This document shows positions 60,609-64,000 of a DNA stretch of 64,000 nt, piece after piece (the stretch's first letter is position 1; each line of letters starts with the position of its first letter). The notes under the pieces are model-generated. The model was given only the letters and a program-made list of their open reading frames with translations, made no database searches and had not been told where the DNA came from. Source of the DNA: a virus; IMG/VR virus record IMGVR_UViG_3300012936_003649, positions 1 through 64,000 of that record, one strand, 5' to 3'. Position numbers and translations under genes: made by a program.

Positions 60609-62067
60609 TGATAGCGGCTGGCAAATAACCAGACGTACTATGGGTGCATACAAAGTTGCTCATATGATGAGGTCGTATGGATGGAATGTAGAAGTTGTAG
60701 ATTGGATTACTAAATGGAAAGATACAGAAATACTAGAATTTTTAGGTAATTGTAAAAAAATAGATCTAATAGGATTTGGTAATCTTTGGTTAGAAGATAG
60801 TTTTGTAAAAGATAAAATTGCCTTAATTAAAAAAAATTATCCTACAGTTAAATTTATATTAGGAAGTCCTAAACCATATCAACAAGACTTTGGTGCAGAT
60901 GTAATGATTTTTGGTTATTCAGAACATGCTCTTAAACCTGTGCTTGATTGGATGTTTGATAACGGAAGAAAACCTAAAGGAAAATATCCTAGTTGGGCTC
61001 CTAATAGTTATCTAATAGATGCTAATCATTTGTATCCTGCTCTACAAATAGGCAGTTATGATGTAGAATATCAAGATAATGATTTTGTTTTGCCAACAGA
61101 TGTTTTAACATTAGAAATGACTAGAGGTTGTAGATTTAGATGTAAGTATTGCAGTTACGCATTCCTTGGAGTAAAAGAAGATTATAGTAGATGTGAAGAA
61201 AGCATTTACCATGAAATGATGGACAATTACAATAAATGGGGAACTGTTAATTATGTTATTGCTGACGATACGTTTAATGATAGAGACATCAAGATAGAAA
61301 GACTAGCAAATGTCGTCAAGCGATTACCTTTCCAGCCTAACTTTAGTGCTTTTATTAGACTAGATTTAGTTTTACTTCGTCCTAAGCAATTACAACTATT
61401 AATTGATGCTAGAGTATGGGCTCACTTTTATGGTATAGAAACATTACATCCAGAAGCCGCTAAAGCAATAGGCAAAGGTATGCACCCAAGCAAAATAAAA
61501 GATGGATTATTAAGTGTAAGAGAATCATTCAGAAATGCTTTAGGACTTTATAGAGGCACATGCGGCATGATAGCAGGATTACCTTTTGAGCCTATAGAAA
61601 GTTGGCACGAGAGTTTAGAATGGATGGATAAGAACTGGGAGTGTTATTTGTTTTGGGCTTTACATATTAGCACCGATAAAGATATACAAACACATAGTGA
61701 CTTTAGTATTGATGCAAAAAAATATGGGTACAACCCAACAGAAGATGTAGAAATGTTAAGTTGGGCAGAACAACAAGGTTTGTTAGACATACATTCTGAA
61801 AATACACATAAACTAGACAGGCATATAATGATATGGGAAGCAGACTGGGCAAACTTTAAAGATGCATCCGAGTTTGCAACTATGTACAATAAAAATTATT
61901 TTCCTAAAATAAAGGTTCCTAATTTTGAACTTTTAAATTATTGGAATTATAATAATTTTATAAATTTTACTGCACAAGATGCTTATATAGATGCAAAGTT
62001 CAAAACAGCCGAAGATAATATGATTAAGGAATATATATTTAAGAAGTTGAAAAATGAAAAAAATTAA
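60586..62067 (+). CDS. Cobalamin-binding-type (class B) radical SAM enzyme
   Basis: TTG start; GAYKVAH...FILG...FGYSE B12-like region; TRGCRFRCKYC; DDTFN; GIET; IAGLPFE. Confidence 0.85.
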   Translation: MKTAIIFNDSGWQITRRTMGAYKVAHMMRSYGWNVEVVDWITKWKDTEILEFLGNCKKIDLIGFGNLWLEDSFVKDKIALIKKNYPTVKFILGSPKPYQQDFGADVMIFGYSEHALKPVLDWMFDNGRKPKGKYPSWAPNSYLIDANHLYPALQIGSYDVEYQDNDFVLPTDVLTLEMTRGCRFRCKYCSYAFLGVKEDYSRCEESIYHEMMDNYNKWGTVNYVIADDTFNDRDIKIERLANVVKRLPFQPNFSAFIRLDLVLLRPKQLQLLIDARVWAHFYGIETLHPEAAKAIGKGMHPSKIKDGLLSVRESFRNALGLYRGTCGMIAGLPFEPIESWHESLEWMDKNWECYLFWALHISTDKDIQTHSDFSIDAKKYGYNPTEDVEMLSWAEQQGLLDIHSENTHKLDRHIMIWEADWANFKDASEFATMYNKNYFPKIKVPNFELLNYWNYNNFINFTAQDAYIDAKFKTAEDNMIKEYIFKKLKNEKN

Positions 62068-63088
62068 CGATGATATAAAATTAGATTTTTCTGACGTGCT
62101 AATAGAACCAATAGAAAGTTCTAAACCTCTCACACGTAAAAATGTTGATATAGAAATAGATTGGTTAGATACCAAAGCAACTCCTGTAATTGTTTCAAAC
62201 ATGCTTAGTACAGGAACTTATAAAATTGCAAATATACTTACACCATTGCGTATTTTTACTTTTTTACACAAAGAATATACTGCTGAACAACATATAAAAG
62301 AATTACAAAAAATGTCTGACAGAAGATTTATTGCAATTACAAGCGGTGTACAATCATGGGATAAAGATAAAACAATTGAAGTAGTAAGTAAGTTTCCTGA
62401 CATAGGTATTATTAATGTTGATATTGCAAATGTATATGCTAACATGCAAGGAATGATTGATACAATTAAATTATATAGACAAAAATTTCCAAACATACAT
62501 ATAAGTGCTGGCAATGTAGCAACTCCAAATGTTGTATCTAAATTAGTTCAAGCAGGAGCAAACTTTATTAAGGTAGGAGTTGGTAGTGGTGCGGCTTGCA
62601 GAACACGCTCAGAAGTAGGAGTAGGTATACCTCAACTAAGTGCTATACTAGATTGTTATGAAACTGTTACTAGGAATGGTGCTCATATCATTTCAGATGG
62701 TGGCTGTGTAACTTCTGGAGATGTTTGTAAAGCAATAGGTGCAGGTGCTAAAATGGTTATGATAGCAGGGATGATATCTAAAGCAGAAGAGTGTGATAAT
62801 ATTGTAGAAATTGACGGTAAAAAATATGTTAACTTTTATGGGCTAGGTAGCACAACTATGTATAACCGTACAAATCCAACAGAACAAGAGTATAGACCTA
62901 ACGAAGGTAGAGACTTGTTAATACCCGCAAAAGGGTCTGTTAAAAGCATTTTAAAGCAAATACAAGGGGGTTTAAGGAGTGTATGTACATATGTAGGTGC
63001 AGAGCATATAAACCAATTAAACAGCCGTACACGCTTTGTACGTGTCAATAATCAAATTAATAATAGTTTAGAAAAGTACGAAAAATGA
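62054..63088 (+). CDS. guaC: GMP reductase (IMPDH/GMPR family)
   Basis: KLDFSDVLI, VDIAN, AGNVAT, KVGVGSGAACRTR catalytic Cys loop, IISDGG, FYGLGS, GGLRSVCTYVGA; no CBS insert. Confidence 0.85.
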   Translation: MKKINDDIKLDFSDVLIEPIESSKPLTRKNVDIEIDWLDTKATPVIVSNMLSTGTYKIANILTPLRIFTFLHKEYTAEQHIKELQKMSDRRFIAITSGVQSWDKDKTIEVVSKFPDIGIINVDIANVYANMQGMIDTIKLYRQKFPNIHISAGNVATPNVVSKLVQAGANFIKVGVGSGAACRTRSEVGVGIPQLSAILDCYETVTRNGAHIISDGGCVTSGDVCKAIGAGAKMVMIAGMISKAEECDNIVEIDGKKYVNFYGLGSTTMYNRTNPTEQEYRPNEGRDLLIPAKGSVKSILKQIQGGLRSVCTYVGAEHINQLNSRTRFVRVNNQINNSLEKYEK

Positions 63089-63795
63089 TAAGTTTTGACA
63101 AAATATTAAATGAAGGAGTAACCATATCTAGTAGTGGTACAACCGGACCTTCAAAAGATATATTTCGTGATCCTGAAAATTTAAAAGAAGCAAATAAGAT
63201 TGCAGTAGATGCACAAAATATATCAAGCACAAGTAAAATACTTACTGTGACTAGAATGACTCACGCTGGAGGATTACTGGCTCAAAGTTTGCCAGCGTAT
63301 AGTGTTGGCGCTGAAGTAACTATTTTAAAAAAATTTAATCCATTTACATTTCTCAAAAATTTTCAACACTACACTCATACTTTTCTAGCACCTGCTCAGA
63401 TGACTGCACTAATGAATACAAAAGGATTTAAAGATTGTGATCTTACAGGTAAAAGAATTTTAGGGGGAAGTGATCCTGTAACTTGGGATATGATCGAAGC
63501 ATTTGTAAACAAAGGTGCTATTGTGCAACCCAATTGGGGAATGAGCGAGATAGGACCAATTACTATTAATATTGAATTTGCTACAATGGAGCAAGTTGAA
63601 TATGTAAAACAAAGATGTCCTGATGGCTACACAATCATGGGTAATAAATATTATTGTGATTGGAAAATAGTTGACCATGAATTATATGTCAAAGGTCCAA
63701 CATGCGTATATGATGATTGGTTTGCTACAGGTGATATAGTAGCACTAGATATGGGTAGGAGAATGTACTACCTAGGAAGAAAGGAAAATATATGA
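63085..63795 (+). CDS. Short AMP-binding (ANL-superfamily) adenylating enzyme
   Basis: SSGTTGPSK P-loop, THAGG, NWGMSE, WFATGDI, LGRK; only 236 aa. Confidence 0.8.
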   Translation: MISFDKILNEGVTISSSGTTGPSKDIFRDPENLKEANKIAVDAQNISSTSKILTVTRMTHAGGLLAQSLPAYSVGAEVTILKKFNPFTFLKNFQHYTHTFLAPAQMTALMNTKGFKDCDLTGKRILGGSDPVTWDMIEAFVNKGAIVQPNWGMSEIGPITINIEFATMEQVEYVKQRCPDGYTIMGNKYYCDWKIVDHELYVKGPTCVYDDWFATGDIVALDMGRRMYYLGRKENI

Positions 63796-64000
63796 GGCCT
63801 TATTTTCAATATGTAGAAGGTATAAATTTTACCCAAGAAACTCGAAAAAAACTTGCAGAAAATATTTTATCGAATGCAGAAGATTATATTAGAAGTGCTA
63901 ATTATAGGCACAACAAATATGGAAAATATGATTGGAATTGGTTCTGTCCTAGAGAACTTATGCCTACTGAACTTATGGACGAAGTAGGAAAACGTTTCAA
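63792..64000 (+). CDS. Partial ORF, probably another 2OG-Fe(II)/cupin-like family member (truncated by window end)
   Basis: ATGA overlap; MRPYFQYVEGINFTQETRKKLAENIL resembles the start of the 58904 protein (MEPYYKLVPYAITEDTKQKIL); open to the end. Confidence 0.5.
   Translation, partial: MRPYFQYVEGINFTQETRKKLAENILSNAEDYIRSANYRHNKYGKYDWNWFCPRELMPTELMDEVGKRF

Noticed and set aside
864-63678. Many 60-190 aa ORFs antisense or out of frame within long genes (e.g. 15638..16111, 22500..22994, 30599..31180, 54749..55039, 56028..56330, 58548..58937)
   Set aside because: Fully nested in well-supported genes, with no motifs or RBS; expected shadow ORFs
1-64000. Stop-codon reassignment or selenocysteine recoding
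   Set aside because: Standard code gives near-complete coding density including a 14.9-kb ORF; TAA, TGA and TAG all end genes at sensible overlaps
27009-64000. Cluster being host chromosomal DNA next to a prophage
   Set aside because: No att site, integrase or housekeeping genes; same compact overlap style and the same TAA(A/G)TA-N5-ATG motif as the structural region. Read-level confirmation is still advisable

Overview
AT-rich segment of a large T4-superfamily (jumbo-type) myophage genome in standard genetic code, almost entirely on the + strand, with most genes overlapping or abutting. 1-27 kb is a virion module: gp25-like and gp6-like baseplate wedge genes, a 4953-aa modular baseplate/tail protein, three paralogous tail-fibre-like genes and two paralogous small structural genes. 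From about 27 kb to the window end there is a ~37-kb enzyme cluster that looks biosynthetic. It encodes glycosyltransferases (one a GT-GT-helical repeat-methyltransferase fusion), 14 radical SAM genes (9 with an N-terminal twitch/SPASM-like Cys domain, 1 with a C-terminal one, 2 of a MoaA-like type of which one is split in two ORFs, 2 cobalamin-binding), 3 nitroreductase-like flavoproteins, 3 SGNH-like proteins, at least 4 2OG-Fe(II) oxygenase-like proteins, a GNAT, a PLP class IV aminotransferase, a methyltransferase, GMP reductase and a minimal adenylating enzyme. An antisense alginate-lyase-like lipoprotein gene interrupts the cluster. Consensus sigma70 promoters and T4-late-like TAAATA boxes are visible, several placed for leaderless mRNAs. 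No tRNA, rRNA, CRISPR or IS element was recognised. All family calls come from motif reading by eye; no database searches were run.
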